Source: a phage. Taken from it: a stretch of 64,000 bases of DNA. The stretch lies in sequence record PQ724393.1. One strand, written 5' to 3'. Shown one piece after another: positions 28,348 to 41,625 of this stretch (positions within the stretch are counted from its first letter, which is position 1; every line of letters starts with the position of its first letter). The position numbers were made by a program, and so were the translations under genes. A model generated the notes under the pieces. The model was not told the origin of the DNA, made no database searches, and worked only from the letters and a program-made list of their open reading frames with translations.

Positions 28348-28348
<1 letters not shown>
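28151..28348 (-). CDS. hypothetical protein
   Basis: 65-aa ORF; its ATG overlaps the pseT stop. Confidence 0.35.
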
Positions 28349-29573
<1,225 letters not shown>

Positions 29574-29607
29574 AATAATTTCCTCAATTTTTGTAATCCG
29601 TAGGAGC

Positions 29608-29637
29608 ATTATACTCTGCTCCCAAGAGTTTGTAAAC
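29608..29637 (-). promoter_or_regulatory. early promoter (GTTTAC -35, TATAAT -10)
   Basis: GTTTAC-N18-TATAAT on - strand upstream of the pseT.1-position ORF. Confidence 0.4.
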
Positions 29638-29744
29638 TACTTTCCAAAAAGACCATGCATACACATGCTGAACACAATCCCAAAACAAAAGAATGCGGCG
29701 CCAAATCTAACGGCATCCCAACCGCAAACACATGTCTCAATCAT
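29637..29744 (-). CDS. 35-aa Cys-rich hydrophobic peptide
   Basis: ATGA overlap with the upstream ORF stop; strong AAGAGGAG RBS. Confidence 0.3.
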   Translation of the reverse strand: MIETCVCGWDAVRFGAAFFCFGIVFSMCMHGLFGK

Positions 29745-30031
29745 TTGCACTTCTCCTCTTTTAGTCCAGAACGATAATAACATAACATAGATTTCTGGTC
29801 TTGTACATATCTTTTTACGTCATTCAACCAAATGCGATGTTCTTGAGAGTCTTCAAATGGCATACCGACCCAAGCCTTACCATCGATTACCTTAACCTGC
29901 CACTTAACATTATGTTCGGCAATAGGTTGTGGCCACGAAGGGTGGAGTTGTTGTTTAGGCACTACAGGAACATCCTGGGCACACCCAACTAACAAGCCAA
30001 TAGATAACATTACAGCAGTCAATTTAATCAT
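29741..30031 (-). CDS. putative lipoprotein (pseT.2 position)
   Basis: N-terminal signal with lipobox LLVGC. Confidence 0.45.
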   Translation of the reverse strand: MIKLTAVMLSIGLLVGCAQDVPVVPKQQLHPSWPQPIAEHNVKWQVKVIDGKAWVGMPFEDSQEHRIWLNDVKRYVQDQKSMLCYYRSGLKEEKCK

Positions 30032-30381
30032 TCTGTGATGCTCCTGAAGTCTTTGGCAAAGGAATCGAAGGACTTGTTGATTTGTTTTTCGACCAATCCT
30101 GGCTTACTTGCCACCACGTGCGCCTTCTTCGAATCTTTACGGAGCTTTTCATTTTCTACCTTAATTTTATCCAGTCGGGCATTCATTTCAGTAGTGCGGA
30201 ATTCAATATCAGAGTATTGACCACGAAGGTCCTCTACAGCTTCAGCGTTCTGTTTAGCTGTTTGCTGGGTTGTTTTCAGTTCTTCAGTAAGGGTATCAAT
30301 ACGGCTTGATTGATACGAAATAAGACTGTACGCGCCTACTGCAATGGCTCCGGCTAAAAGGTAAATACTTAATTTAGACAT
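30028..30381 (-). CDS. membrane-anchored coiled-coil protein (pseT.3 position)
   Basis: N-terminal transmembrane helix then helical region. Confidence 0.45.
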   Translation of the reverse strand: MSKLSIYLLAGAIAVGAYSLISYQSSRIDTLTEELKTTQQTAKQNAEAVEDLRGQYSDIEFRTTEMNARLDKIKVENEKLRKDSKKAHVVASKPGLVEKQINKSFDSFAKDFRSITE

Positions 30382-30869
30382 TTGGTAATAATCTCGATGA
30401 TGTCATCACGTGACAGGGAATTAATAAGAACCGTTTTAGGATTTTCACACTGAATTTTATACGTTTCAAACATAAAACACAATTCTTCAGCGGTATGGTA
30501 AGGACTTGAAATGCCGAGGCGATTAAACTTGTCGCTTAATGGGTCACAAATCAAATAGAACGTGATGCCTGAGATTTTAACATTAGGTTGGCTAATATTA
30601 ATGAATACCTCGGCATCGTATTTGGAAAGGTTGTTTTGGAGAAACTCGACCATAGAGTTAACAGCTTCCGGCATGGCTTCACGCTTTTCTTCTGCATAAC
30701 GGGTAGAGTATTCTTTTTGCTTAATTTTCTTTTTAGCATTTTTGGCTAAAGTAACACGAAGATCGGTCAGGTAACCTACTGCACGAGAACCTTTAAAAAC
30801 TTGGATGCCGTCAGTAGAGTCACCAAAAGCCTTAACAACCATTTCGTTAGTAATCATTTGCATATTCAT
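30369..30869 (-). CDS. alc: Alc-like protein (host transcription shut-off) by position and size
   Basis: 166 aa (T4 Alc 167) between pseT.3 and rnlA; sequence identity not verified from memory. Confidence 0.5.
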   Translation of the reverse strand: MNMQMITNEMVVKAFGDSTDGIQVFKGSRAVGYLTDLRVTLAKNAKKKIKQKEYSTRYAEEKREAMPEAVNSMVEFLQNNLSKYDAEVFINISQPNVKISGITFYLICDPLSDKFNRLGISSPYHTAEELCFMFETYKIQCENPKTVLINSLSRDDIIEIITKCLN

Positions 30870-30899
30870 TTTGTTTTCTCCTCATTAGTTGGTAAGTCT

Positions 30900-30928
30900 A
30901 TACTAACACATCATGAGGAGATGTAAAC
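30900..30928 (-). promoter_or_regulatory. early promoter cassette upstream of alc
   Basis: GTTTAC-N17-TAGTAT on - strand. Confidence 0.5.
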
Positions 30929-32076
30929 TACTCTACCACAATTTCTTTCAAATATTTTTCAGGGATTTGGGCTTTATGGTTTTTCAAGAACACAGAGTTA
31001 ATCTGGTCTACAACCGTATCATAATTAATACCGCCTACGTACGCCTGCATAAGAATAGAGAACAACCCTGGGAAGTCCTTAAGGATTAGCTGTCCAGTAA
31101 CGGCGTAATCTTTACGGTCGCGGCCCTTGAGTTGGGAATATGCTGCTTCTAACAAGGCCAATGATTGTTCTAGGTAATCTAAATGGATGCGTTCAAAGGC
31201 ATCGATTTTCTCGATAGCAAACGAATCCGTACTGAACAGACCACGAAGGTCATCTGTTCCACCTGCAACTACAACTTCAAACAAACGTTCGTTATTGTTA
31301 ATGGAATCTTTGGTGTGATGCAGGGCGCTGTACCATGCCGTTTTGAGTTTAAAGAACGTGCCATCTTTAAGTACAAAGATAAAGCCTTCAATACCCTCTT
31401 GTTTACGGATATTGTCAACAAAATCACCTTCAGCGAGTTCATAGCTTTTAACCAAATGCTTACGCAGGGCGCCATCTTTAAACAGTTCAGCGTAAGGGAT
31501 ATACTCACCCGTTTCGTTATTACGAACGTTCAGTAAGATAAGGTTTGTTTCTTGGTAAGCCAGCACGATACGGTTGGTGGGTGCAACATATTCAAGGTTA
31601 CAAGTATACCCAGCTTTGGTGATTTCTTCTAAACGTGCGGCAAAAGCCTCGTTTTCAGGGAGGCGAAGGAAACGTAAAGAATCATGCACCATTGATGAAT
31701 GGATAGAGCCTTTAGATTTGACAGAAAGATACTGACGGTCCATGAATGTAGAAATCAGAGAACCATCTTCCTTAGCCATTACGAGGTCAATATTTTCCGG
31801 TGACAAATCTAGACCGATAGTCATAGGGTTTTCGTCGAGGTTAAAGAACTTTTGCATAGGACGAGCAGCAATACGTACCGGACCGTTCTCGTCCATTTCA
31901 AACATAATGCCTCGGCACTCTAGTGCGCCGTCTTCCAACCAATCACTGTATGATGCATAGTTATAACTAAAGATGCGATAGTTGACTCCTAGCGCACTCT
32001 GAAAGTCTTTAAAGAAGAACTTAGATTTAGTCGAGTTTTTAACCAGGGCCATCAAGTTATCATATAATTCAATCAT
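30928..32076 (-). CDS. rnlA: RNA ligase 1 (gp63)
   Basis: 382 aa; adenylation lysine motif KEDGSL; position. Confidence 0.9.
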   Translation of the reverse strand: MIELYDNLMALVKNSTKSKFFFKDFQSALGVNYRIFSYNYASYSDWLEDGALECRGIMFEMDENGPVRIAARPMQKFFNLDENPMTIGLDLSPENIDLVMAKEDGSLISTFMDRQYLSVKSKGSIHSSMVHDSLRFLRLPENEAFAARLEEITKAGYTCNLEYVAPTNRIVLAYQETNLILLNVRNNETGEYIPYAELFKDGALRKHLVKSYELAEGDFVDNIRKQEGIEGFIFVLKDGTFFKLKTAWYSALHHTKDSINNNERLFEVVVAGGTDDLRGLFSTDSFAIEKIDAFERIHLDYLEQSLALLEAAYSQLKGRDRKDYAVTGQLILKDFPGLFSILMQAYVGGINYDTVVDQINSVFLKNHKAQIPEKYLKEIVVE

Positions 32077-32486
32077 TGCTTTATCCTATGTTGGGTATTC
32101 CAAGGTGGATTAAATTTCTTTATGAACATTGGCTCTTCAAGAGACATGGTCTCAACTGACATAGTTCCAAGTTCGTTAGTCATCGACAGATTAAAGCACT
32201 GTCTAGCATAGAACTCTACCTTTTTACCAGCCATTAATGCTTCATGAATCAGAATGGACTTGGTCGAATCCGACGTTTGGTCCTTACGATTAATAGCGGT
32301 TCGGTAGTAGTTGATGCGCTTACGAAGATTTTTAGTCTTCCCGATGTAGACTAGTATATCATCAACCGCTATAGCATATATGACATTTTGTTTATTTGGT
32401 ACTGTGAGTGGAGCTATGGTGGCGTCATCTTGGAGCTCCAGTGTAACGTACTTGATAAAGCTAAATTCATCTGCGATTTCTTTCAT
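32073..32486 (-). CDS. denA: endonuclease II (GIY-YIG)
   Basis: GIY-YIG-like IYAI...YIGKT...R...YY; start moved to internal Met giving 137 aa (T4 DenA 136). Confidence 0.65.
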   Translation of the reverse strand: MKEIADEFSFIKYVTLELQDDATIAPLTVPNKQNVIYAIAVDDILVYIGKTKNLRKRINYYRTAINRKDQTSDSTKSILIHEALMAGKKVEFYARQCFNLSMTNELGTMSVETMSLEEPMFIKKFNPPWNTQHRIKQ

Positions 32487-32494
32487 AGCAATAA

Positions 32495-32508
32495 GGGGCC
32501 GAAGCCCC
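32495..32508 (-). other. UUCG-tetraloop stem-loop between nrdB and denA
   Basis: ggggccgaagcccc. Confidence 0.4.
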
Positions 32509-32513
32509 ATTCC

Positions 32514-33683
32514 TTAAAAATATTTCTTGTATGACGCCATTACTTTTTCATCGACATCATTATCAATTTGTGCTACAAGGTAAGAACTGATTTCCACTTC
32601 CTGAGGAGCCGCCTGTACAGCATCAGAGTTCAGGTATTCGCGAATCCAAGGATAAGGATGGCGAGTAGGAGCATCAGTAATAGGACACGGTAAGCCACAT
32701 TGCTTCATACGAGAAACTGTCAGGTAATCGACAAAAGCACCCATGTTCTGAGTATTTAATCCAGGGCAAGTACCATCTTTGAACAGGTGAGCAGCCCATT
32801 CTTTTTCTTGACGGTTAACTTCCATGAAAATATCAACTGCTTCTTGTTCACACTCTTGAGCAATTTTAACCCATTCATCACCATCTGTACCAAGCTGGAG
32901 TTGACGGATAATGTACTGGGTGCCTTTAAGGTGAAGCTGTTCATCACGTGCAATGAACTTCATAATCTTAGCATTACCTTCCATGATTTCCATGTTTTTA
33001 TGGAAGTTAAAGGTGCATGCGAAAGATACATAAAAACGAATAGCTTCCAATGCGTTGATTACATGCAGGCAGAGGTAAAGAGAGCGCATTAGTTCGTATT
33101 TAGCGGTTTTAAGACCTTCACTGAACTCATGGTATTCTTCTAAAGCATTTTGGTATTTACGTGTTTTTTCAATAACGTCATCGTAATAACGACCAATAGA
33201 TTCGGCACGTTTCATGATAGCGTCGTCCAACAGAATTTCATCAAATACCTTAGATGGGTCTGTATAGAGGTTACGCATGATATGGGTATATGAACGAGAG
33301 TGAATGGTTTCACTAAATGTCCATGTTGCCACCCAAGTATCAAGGCTAGGGTCGGAAATCAAGGCTTGAAGTGCAGCAGAAGGAGCACGACCTTGAATAC
33401 TATCCAGAAGTGATTGATACTTCAGATTATTGGTAAAAATATTTTGCTGGAATTGTGGAAGCTTATTAAACTGGGCAGCATCCATCATCAAGTTGACTTC
33501 TTCTGGACGCCAGAAAAAACTCAACTGCTTCTCACAAAGCTCTTCGAATACTTTATGGCGTTGGATATCATATCGAGCAATACCCAATCCTGAACCAAAG
33601 AACATCGGTTCGACTAAAACATCAACTGGGGTAGTATTAAAAACTGTAGACATGTTATTCTCATTTGTTAGTGACTCATCCAT
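32514..33683 (-). CDS. nrdB: ribonucleotide reductase small subunit (uninterrupted)
   Basis: 389 aa contiguous ORF with di-iron R2 fold features; no intron interruption. Confidence 0.9.
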   Translation of the reverse strand: MDESLTNENNMSTVFNTTPVDVLVEPMFFGSGLGIARYDIQRHKVFEELCEKQLSFFWRPEEVNLMMDAAQFNKLPQFQQNIFTNNLKYQSLLDSIQGRAPSAALQALISDPSLDTWVATWTFSETIHSRSYTHIMRNLYTDPSKVFDEILLDDAIMKRAESIGRYYDDVIEKTRKYQNALEEYHEFSEGLKTAKYELMRSLYLCLHVINALEAIRFYVSFACTFNFHKNMEIMEGNAKIMKFIARDEQLHLKGTQYIIRQLQLGTDGDEWVKIAQECEQEAVDIFMEVNRQEKEWAAHLFKDGTCPGLNTQNMGAFVDYLTVSRMKQCGLPCPITDAPTRHPYPWIREYLNSDAVQAAPQEVEISSYLVAQIDNDVDEKVMASYKKYF

Positions 33684-33705
33684 GAGTCAATTATAATCAG
33701 ATTTA

Positions 33706-35961
33706 TTAAAGCTTACAAGCTGCACAATCGTCGGCTTTAGGAGTTTCGATTTCGTAATCGTCTGTACCAGAGCCATCACGGGTATTGTGGTAGTAAAAAT
33801 TCTTGAGCCCATAATACCATCCGTACAGCAGGTCATCAAGCATTACGGACATCGGAACTTTTCCTTTCTCATAGTTCTGAGGGTCGTAATACGTATTCGC
33901 TGACGCCGATTGGCAAACCCATTTCAACATAATTGCTACTTGGGTAAGATAAGGTTTATTACCTTTCTTAGCGAGGCTCCAAGCGTAATCATAGAGGCCT
34001 TGGTTATGTTCTACATTAGGAACTACCTGACGGAAGTTACCTTCTTTAGATTCTTTAATACTTACCGGCCCACGCGGAGGTTCGATACCGTTGGTAGAGT
34101 TGGAAACTTGGCTGCTTGACTCGCATGGCATAAGTGCTGATAATGTGCTATTACGGATGCCATGTTTAGCCAGGTCTTCCCGCAACGACGACCAGTCACA
34201 AACATAGTTTGGGGCTGCGATTTGGTCAATCTTTTTATTGTACCAGTCGATAGGAAGCTCGCCTCGAGACCACTTAGTGTCTGAATAATACTCGCAAGGT
34301 CCTTTTTCTTCGGCCAACTTGATTGATGCTCGGATAAGTCCATATTGTAATCTCTCAAACAGTTCATGAGTTAAATCGTTTGCGTCTTCATAAGAAGCAA
34401 AGTTGCTTGCCAACCATGCAGCGTAGTTGGTAACACCTACACCCAAGTTACGACGTTTCTTAGCCTTCAAAGCTTCAGGAACAGGATAGCTTTGATAATC
34501 TAATAGGTTATCAAGTGCACGTACCTGTACTTCAGCGAGTTCGTTGATTTTGTCTTGGTCTTGCCAATCAAAGTTATCCAACACGAATGCAGACAGCGTA
34601 CACAATCCGATTTCAGCGTCCGGACTATTCACATCGGTAGTCGGGATAGCAATTTCACAACACAGGTTACTCTGGCGAATAGGAGCCTTTTCACGAATAA
34701 ATGGGGTGAAGTTGTTAGTGTTATCAACAAACTGAGGATAAATTCGTGCAGTGCCTGAACGTTCGGTCATAAACAATTCGAAGAGGTCGCGTGCTTTAAT
34801 ACGTTTCTTACGAATACTAGAGTCTTTTTCAGCCGCTTCATACAATTCACGGAAACGTTCTTGGTCTTCAAAATAAGAATAATAAAGCTCACCACCCATT
34901 TCATGAGGACTGAACAGCGTGATGTAATCATTTTTACCGAAACGTTCCATCATAAGGTCGTTCAACTGGATTCCGTAGTCCATATGGCGAATACGGTTCT
35001 CGTCGACACCTTTGTTGTTTTTCAGAACGAGCAGATTTTCAACTTCCAAATGCCAAATAGGATAATAAGCAGTAGCAGCGCCGCCACGGATTCCACCTTG
35101 TGAACATGATTTAACAGCAGTCTGGAAATGTTTCCAGAATGGAATAACGCCTGTATGTTTGACTTCACCCATGCCAATACGAGAACCTTCAGCACGAATC
35201 ATACCAACGTTGATACCAATACCTGCACGTTTAGAAATGTATTCAATTATTGAGTTAGCAGTTTTGTTAATAGATTTCAGTGAGTCGCCTGCTTCAATAA
35301 CCACACAAGAACTAAATTGACGGGTTGGTGTACGTGCCCCAGCCATAATAGGAGTTGGTAATGAAACCTGACGGGTACTTACAGCATCATAAAAACGAAT
35401 AATATGGGCTAAACGGTTCCCTGGCTCGTCTTGGTGTAAGGCCATGCCAATACACATGATAGCGAACTGAGGGGTTTCATAGATTTTACCGGTTGTTTTA
35501 TCTTTAACCAGATATTTCTCTTTAAGCTGCATTGCGCCAGCGTAAGTCAATTCAAAGTCACGTTCATGCTTGATATGAGATTCTAAGAAAGTAATTTCTT
35601 CTGCAGAATATCGAGACAGCAATTCTGGGTCATATTTACCTTCGTTAACACAATAGGAAATATGGTCAATAAAACTACGCGGTTCAAACTGGCCATAAAC
35701 TTCTTTACGCAGGGCAAACATCAATTGCTTTGCAGCAACATACTGATAATCAGGCTCTTCAACCGAGATAAGGTTGGCCGCGACCTTAACAGTCAAATTC
35801 TGGATATCTTTGGTAGTCATACCATCACGAAGGTGGGATTTGATTTCTTCGTATAATTCGTAGGGATCGATTTGGGTTCCTTCACAACCCCAAGTCAGAA
35901 CTTTAATAATTTTTTGTGCGTCAAAATCTTGGGATACACCACTACTCTTTTGTACTTGCAT
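33706..35961 (-). CDS. nrdA: ribonucleotide reductase large subunit
   Basis: 751 aa (T4 NrdA 754); class Ia catalytic Cys motifs. Confidence 0.9.
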   Translation of the reverse strand: MQVQKSSGVSQDFDAQKIIKVLTWGCEGTQIDPYELYEEIKSHLRDGMTTKDIQNLTVKVAANLISVEEPDYQYVAAKQLMFALRKEVYGQFEPRSFIDHISYCVNEGKYDPELLSRYSAEEITFLESHIKHERDFELTYAGAMQLKEKYLVKDKTTGKIYETPQFAIMCIGMALHQDEPGNRLAHIIRFYDAVSTRQVSLPTPIMAGARTPTRQFSSCVVIEAGDSLKSINKTANSIIEYISKRAGIGINVGMIRAEGSRIGMGEVKHTGVIPFWKHFQTAVKSCSQGGIRGGAATAYYPIWHLEVENLLVLKNNKGVDENRIRHMDYGIQLNDLMMERFGKNDYITLFSPHEMGGELYYSYFEDQERFRELYEAAEKDSSIRKKRIKARDLFELFMTERSGTARIYPQFVDNTNNFTPFIREKAPIRQSNLCCEIAIPTTDVNSPDAEIGLCTLSAFVLDNFDWQDQDKINELAEVQVRALDNLLDYQSYPVPEALKAKKRRNLGVGVTNYAAWLASNFASYEDANDLTHELFERLQYGLIRASIKLAEEKGPCEYYSDTKWSRGELPIDWYNKKIDQIAAPNYVCDWSSLREDLAKHGIRNSTLSALMPCESSSQVSNSTNGIEPPRGPVSIKESKEGNFRQVVPNVEHNQGLYDYAWSLAKKGNKPYLTQVAIMLKWVCQSASANTYYDPQNYEKGKVPMSVMLDDLLYGWYYGLKNFYYHNTRDGSGTDDYEIETPKADDCAACKL

Positions 35962-36089
35962 AATTTCCTCAATATGTTAGGTTCTACATCTATAATAACA
36001 TAGAACCTGTTAAGCATGGACTGATATTTATAGAATGAAATTCAGTCCGACCATAATAACCAAAAACAGAGTACAGATTATTTGAATTT

Positions 36090-37744
<1,655 letters not shown>

Positions 37745-37767
<23 letters not shown>

Positions 37768-38101
37768 AATTAGACCGTAGCTTTTTAATGGCAGTAAAAT
37801 CTTTGCGAATATCGAGAACCAATTTGTAAAGATGTTTAATTGTATCTGTATCAAAATATGATACCGCGCAACGTGATTGGCGAATATCTTCTAATGAATA
37901 TTTGCTTTCGCAAGACCCGTATCCAATGATACCACTAATGCACTTGTCATTAAGCGTATATTTCTGTGGGCCATCAATATTATTTTTAGGATAGATATAA
38001 AGGCTCCAATCAAATTTTTGTTCAAGCGTATTAACCTTAACTTCAAGAATCAGTTCAGGATGGGCATCATCTTTAGCAAAGCAAGTGTATTCAGTAAGCA
38101 T
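37745..38101 (-). CDS. hypothetical Cys-containing protein
   Basis: 118-aa ORF. Confidence 0.4.
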
Positions 38102-38346
38102 TATAGCACCTCAACATGTGTGATATCGTTTGGCCAAATGATGTCATGATGGTTATAATAGGAAATATCGCCCTTAACAAAACGATAATTATTACCACGG
38201 CCTTGCTCCCAGGCCAAAGATACCTTATGGAGGTTTTCATAACGGTCCCTGACCCAAAAGGATTCGTCATATGCTGTATTATTATAAAGTCTATCCAATT
38301 CTGCTTCGGTACCAGTAAACTCTTTTAAATTGATAGTAATTTGCAT
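38101..38346 (-). CDS. hypothetical protein
   Basis: start at ATG with GAGGAAAA RBS (MQITINLKEF); 81 aa; the 160-aa table ORF is a read-through composite. Confidence 0.4.
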   Translation of the reverse strand: MQITINLKEFTGTEAELDRLYNNTAYDESFWVRDRYENLHKVSLAWEQGRGNNYRFVKGDISYYNHHDIIWPNDITHVEVL

Positions 38347-38356
38347 TATATTTTCC

Positions 38357-38617
38357 TCACGCTTTCTTAGCGATTTTCCAGTCAGCTTTAAATTGGTCGA
38401 CATCAGAGTGGTGAATCCAGAAACCAGACGAGCTACCATCTTCATAAAGAGGACAACCATCACACTCATCTTTCCAACCCATCGCGCATAAAGCTTGTTC
38501 AGCTTTTTCCAGAGCTTCCGGGTTATTACCTTGGATTGTGAAGTACCATTTGCCTTTAACTTCAGAATCGTTGATTGATTCACGTTGTAATTTCATTTTA
38601 TTCTCCTTAGTTGACAA
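38357..38617 (-). CDS. hypothetical protein
   Basis: 86 aa; AAGGAGAA RBS; own promoter. Confidence 0.45.
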   Translation of the reverse strand: MSTKENKMKLQRESINDSEVKGKWYFTIQGNNPEALEKAEQALCAMGWKDECDGCPLYEDGSSSGFWIHHSDVDQFKADWKIAKKA

Positions 38618-38621
38618 GGCT

Positions 38622-38651
38622 ATAGTATCACTACCATAGCCTGATGTAAAC
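38622..38651 (-). promoter_or_regulatory. early promoter cassette
   Basis: GTTTAC-N18-TACTAT on - strand. Confidence 0.5.
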
Positions 38652-38897
38652 TTATTTTTGAATTAAGCCCATATAAAATTTAGTGTCTTCCGGGTGCATA
38701 CCGTCGCAATACTCGTCAGCCATAAAGCGGGTAAGGTCTTCAAGAGGACCTTGGACTTCAATTTGCATACTACAGAATTGAGTATCTTTAATATGGGTCA
38801 CAACTAAAGAAGGATAACGATTACGGATAACTTCGTAAGTGTATTCAAAATCAACGATATCAATATTAACCTTAGCCATTTTATTTTCCTCACTCAT
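38652..38897 (-). CDS. hypothetical protein
   Basis: 81 aa; GAGGAAAA RBS; own promoter. Confidence 0.45.
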   Translation of the reverse strand: MSEENKMAKVNIDIVDFEYTYEVIRNRYPSLVVTHIKDTQFCSMQIEVQGPLEDLTRFMADEYCDGMHPEDTKFYMGLIQK

Positions 38898-38911
38898 TAG
38901 TTGATAGGTCT

Positions 38912-38940
38912 ATAGTATCATGTTTAAAGGCGTTGTAAAC
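38912..38940 (-). promoter_or_regulatory. early promoter cassette
   Basis: GTTTAC-N17-TACTAT with TGn extension; near-identical to the 39597 and 56893 cassettes. Confidence 0.5.
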
Positions 38941-38942
38941 AT

Positions 38943-39215
38943 TTATTTTTGAATTTTATCAAGCCATTTACCAAGTTTAATCATTTCTTTGGTAGCTTTT
39001 TCCATACTTCTGAATTTAACCAGTAAAGGTTGTGAATCAACACCCATAACTAAGGTGGTTACAAGACTATGTTCACCTACAAGCCATAATGAATAAGTTT
39101 GGATATCGAGCCCGTAATTTCGGTCTTTATGAACTCGTACGCCCATAACTTCAAACTGTTCGCTGGCTTTTTCTACGGCATCCAGGAAATCATCTTTAGT
39201 CATGTTAAATTCCAA
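38943..39215 (-). CDS. hypothetical protein
   Basis: 90-aa ORF. Confidence 0.4.
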   Translation of the reverse strand: MEFNMTKDDFLDAVEKASEQFEVMGVRVHKDRNYGLDIQTYSLWLVGEHSLVTTLVMGVDSQPLLVKFRSMEKATKEMIKLGKWLDKIQK

Positions 39216-39567
39216 AGGTAGCTTTAATCAAGGCAACAACTTCTGCCGCATTTTTATGATTGACTTGTACATGAATGGTTTGGGTATCTATTACAGGGGT
39301 ATCATCTACTTCTATGAAGTGTTTGAATTCCCATTCAGCGAGTTCAAAATATTCATCAGCATTATCTAGGCTATCTAAGATAGTACCGTCTTTCATTTCA
39401 ACTTTTTCAACAAAATAATCACCGTCGATATAACACATATCCAGGACTTTAAAGGAACCACCGTGTTGTTCCATCAGTTTGACCATACGTGAGTTATCGT
39501 CAGGACTACCCTCAATGAATTTTCTTTTAGAAGAAGGGTCTAATGCGTAAGTTTTACCAGTTTCCAT
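39205..39567 (-). CDS. hypothetical acidic protein
   Basis: 120 aa, net charge about -12; GAGGAAAT RBS; own promoter. Confidence 0.45.
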   Translation of the reverse strand: METGKTYALDPSSKRKFIEGSPDDNSRMVKLMEQHGGSFKVLDMCYIDGDYFVEKVEMKDGTILDSLDNADEYFELAEWEFKHFIEVDDTPVIDTQTIHVQVNHKNAAEVVALIKATFGI

Positions 39568-39596
39568 TTTTATTTCCTCATGTAGTTGATAAGTCT

Positions 39597-39625
39597 ATAG
39601 TATCATGTTTAAAGGCATTGTAAAC
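39597..39625 (-). promoter_or_regulatory. early promoter cassette
   Basis: GTTTAC-N17-TACTAT. Confidence 0.5.
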
Positions 39626-39627
39626 CA

Positions 39628-39661
39628 TTAAATGCCAAAAAGGGAAGACCGAAGTCTTCCC
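39628..39661 (-). terminator. intrinsic terminator after gene 32
   Basis: hairpin gggaagaccgaagtcttccc (UUCG loop) followed by UUUUUGG on - strand. Confidence 0.65.
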
Positions 39662-39677
39662 ATTATAAATCAATAAC

Positions 39678-40583
39678 TTATAGACCAGCTAACAAATCGT
39701 CCAGACCGTCGTCATCAGAAGGACTTACTGACGGCTCAGGAGTAGTGGAACGAGCAGGTGTAGACGGTTTGGAATCATATGCATCAAGGTCTGCACTGAA
39801 TGCGTCCAGGTCATCACCAATCTTATCAGCGGCTGCAGAAGCTTTAGCGGCAGCACCACCAAGAGCAGCTGTACCAACAACTTTCTTAAACTTGGCTTCG
39901 TTAGTTTCGAATGATTTGAAATCGAGCAGTTTAGAAAGGTCGTGCATTTCTTCCATCAATTTAGCTTGGTAAGCTTCGTCATTGATGTTAGGAATTTCAG
40001 ACTGACCCATGAATTTGGAATCGTCGTAGTTTTTGAAGTCGCCAACTTTCTTAGATTTCAGTACGAAGTTCGCACCATCAAACGGACATGTTACGTCAAC
40101 CGGCACTTCACCAATATCAGTATCAACTTCAACCATCTGGTTGATTTTATCCATAATTTTCTGACCGAAACGGAATTTAAACACTTTACCTTCGTTAGCA
40201 GGCACTGCACTATCCTTAATAACAAGGATGTTAGCCCAGAAGGAAGTTTTACGTTTCATCAGTTTGTATTCGGCATTATTAGTATTAAAAGTATCGTTCT
40301 GGTTCATGTATTTACATACAGGACAAGAATCGAAATCACCGTGAGTAGACGTACAGTTTTCAATATACCATTGACCATTTTTCTTAAAGCCGTGGTTAAC
40401 GAGCTTAATGAATGGAGATGGATTTTCTTCGTTTTTCGAAGGTAGGAAACGAATTACCGCAGTACCAACACCATTGTCATCTTTCAATTTCCATTCAGCT
40501 TTATCATCGGAAGAGAAAGAAGAACCACCTTTCATTGCAGACAGTTGAGCAGCCAGTTGGGAAGGGTCTTTACGTTTAAACAT
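39678..40583 (-). CDS. 32: single-stranded DNA-binding protein gp32
   Basis: 301 aa (T4 301); MFKRK...[10 protein letters not shown]...CPVC...KRKTS.WANILV..D matches T4 gp32; acidic C-terminal tail. Confidence 0.9.
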   Translation of the reverse strand: MFKRKDPSQLAAQLSAMKGGSSFSSDDKAEWKLKDDNGVGTAVIRFLPSKNEENPSPFIKLVNHGFKKNGQWYIENCTSTHGDFDSCPVCKYMNQNDTFNTNNAEYKLMKRKTSFWANILVIKDSAVPANEGKVFKFRFGQKIMDKINQMVEVDTDIGEVPVDVTCPFDGANFVLKSKKVGDFKNYDDSKFMGQSEIPNINDEAYQAKLMEEMHDLSKLLDFKSFETNEAKFKKVVGTAALGGAAAKASAAADKIGDDLDAFSADLDAYDSKPSTPARSTTPEPSVSPSDDDGLDDLLAGL

Positions 40584-40672
40584 ATTATTTACCTTAGCAG
40601 ATTTATCAGTTGTATTTTATTGACAGTTTTTAACAGATTGAGTTAGTATATTAACACAGTTGATTTGAAGCA
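40584..40672 (-). promoter_or_regulatory. gene 32 leader / putative autoregulatory translational operator
   Basis: AU-rich unstructured leader, inferred from the known T4 gp32 autoregulation. Confidence 0.35.
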
Positions 40673-41326
40673 TTAAAACTTGCAAGATTTGATAGTTTCA
40701 ATGAACAATTTACGAGCTTCTAAATTATCGATTATAAGAATTTTCTTATAAGCATTTAATTTAGTCGAATACTTAGACCACACTAAATCGTTGGTCTGTT
40801 CATCATGTTTATTTATTATATCCATAAATGAATCAAGCAAAATAAACGTTTCGAACGAAATAACATTCGATTGAAGGAGCTTAAAAATATAGCTCGAGTT
40901 AACTTTTTTATTATACTCAAAAATTTCAGAAAGCGCTTGAACTTCCACTTTCTTACTAAAATAATAAATGTTTTTGATATCATCCTCAAAAACTTGTTTT
41001 ATTCTTTTAAGTCTACCGATATATTCTCGGTAAAAGACTAAGGCGTCAGCATCACTGATGTCGCCAATCCATGCGTCTTGGTTAGCCACCAAGTTACTCA
41101 TGAAGATAAGAGCAAGCTCTTTCAAAGTGTATTTATCACTCAATTTCTCGAAGAAATATTTGTCACGACGTTTTTGGTAAGCCGTATCAGAGATTCGCAT
41201 GACCCAGTTATATTTTATAACGTCGTATTTGGCATTGAAGTGATGTTTGAGCATTAAGTATAGTGAATATACGCTCTTACCATTCACCATACGGTTATTG
41301 TTTGGTGGCATGCGAATCTTAATCAT
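40673..41326 (-). CDS. 59: helicase loader gp59
   Basis: 217 aa (T4 217); N-terminus MIK.RMP...DGKSVY.LYLM.K.H.N.KYDVIKYNW matches T4 gp59. Confidence 0.85.
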   Translation of the reverse strand: MIKIRMPPNNNRMVNGKSVYSLYLMLKHHFNAKYDVIKYNWVMRISDTAYQKRRDKYFFEKLSDKYTLKELALIFMSNLVANQDAWIGDISDADALVFYREYIGRLKRIKQVFEDDIKNIYYFSKKVEVQALSEIFEYNKKVNSSYIFKLLQSNVISFETFILLDSFMDIINKHDEQTNDLVWSKYSTKLNAYKKILIIDNLEARKLFIETIKSCKF

Positions 41327-41625
41327 AACAAGAAATCCAAGGTATTAGTTTTTTGCGTTCGTGCCATTGAAGGACGAAGCAAGTTATCATCAATGGCTTC
41401 GTTCATAATTTTATCAATAATTCCTGCAGGCAAATAACGAGCAAAGTTACCTTCAGGGATGCTGTTCTCTTCCAACCATGCGGTAGCCGCTTCGAGGTAA
41501 CTACAACCTTCAGCCTCAACAAAGGCCTCAATATCAAGGCCATTCTGTTGTTTATTTACCAATACATGGACAGGTTCAGAAGCGGTATTAACCGCTCCAT
41601 CAAAATCATTCAAAGATTGTGTCAT
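41323..41625 (-). CDS. 33: late transcription co-activator gp33
   Basis: 100 aa; position between 59 and dsbA. Confidence 0.65.
   Translation of the reverse strand: MTQSLNDFDGAVNTASEPVHVLVNKQQNGLDIEAFVEAEGCSYLEAATAWLEENSIPEGNFARYLPAGIIDKIMNEAIDDNLLRPSMARTQKTNTLDFLL

Noticed and set aside
38101-38583. 160-aa ORF from the six-frame track
   Set aside because: It is a read-through composite. The region is better explained by two separate genes, 38357-38617 and 38101-38346, each with its own RBS.
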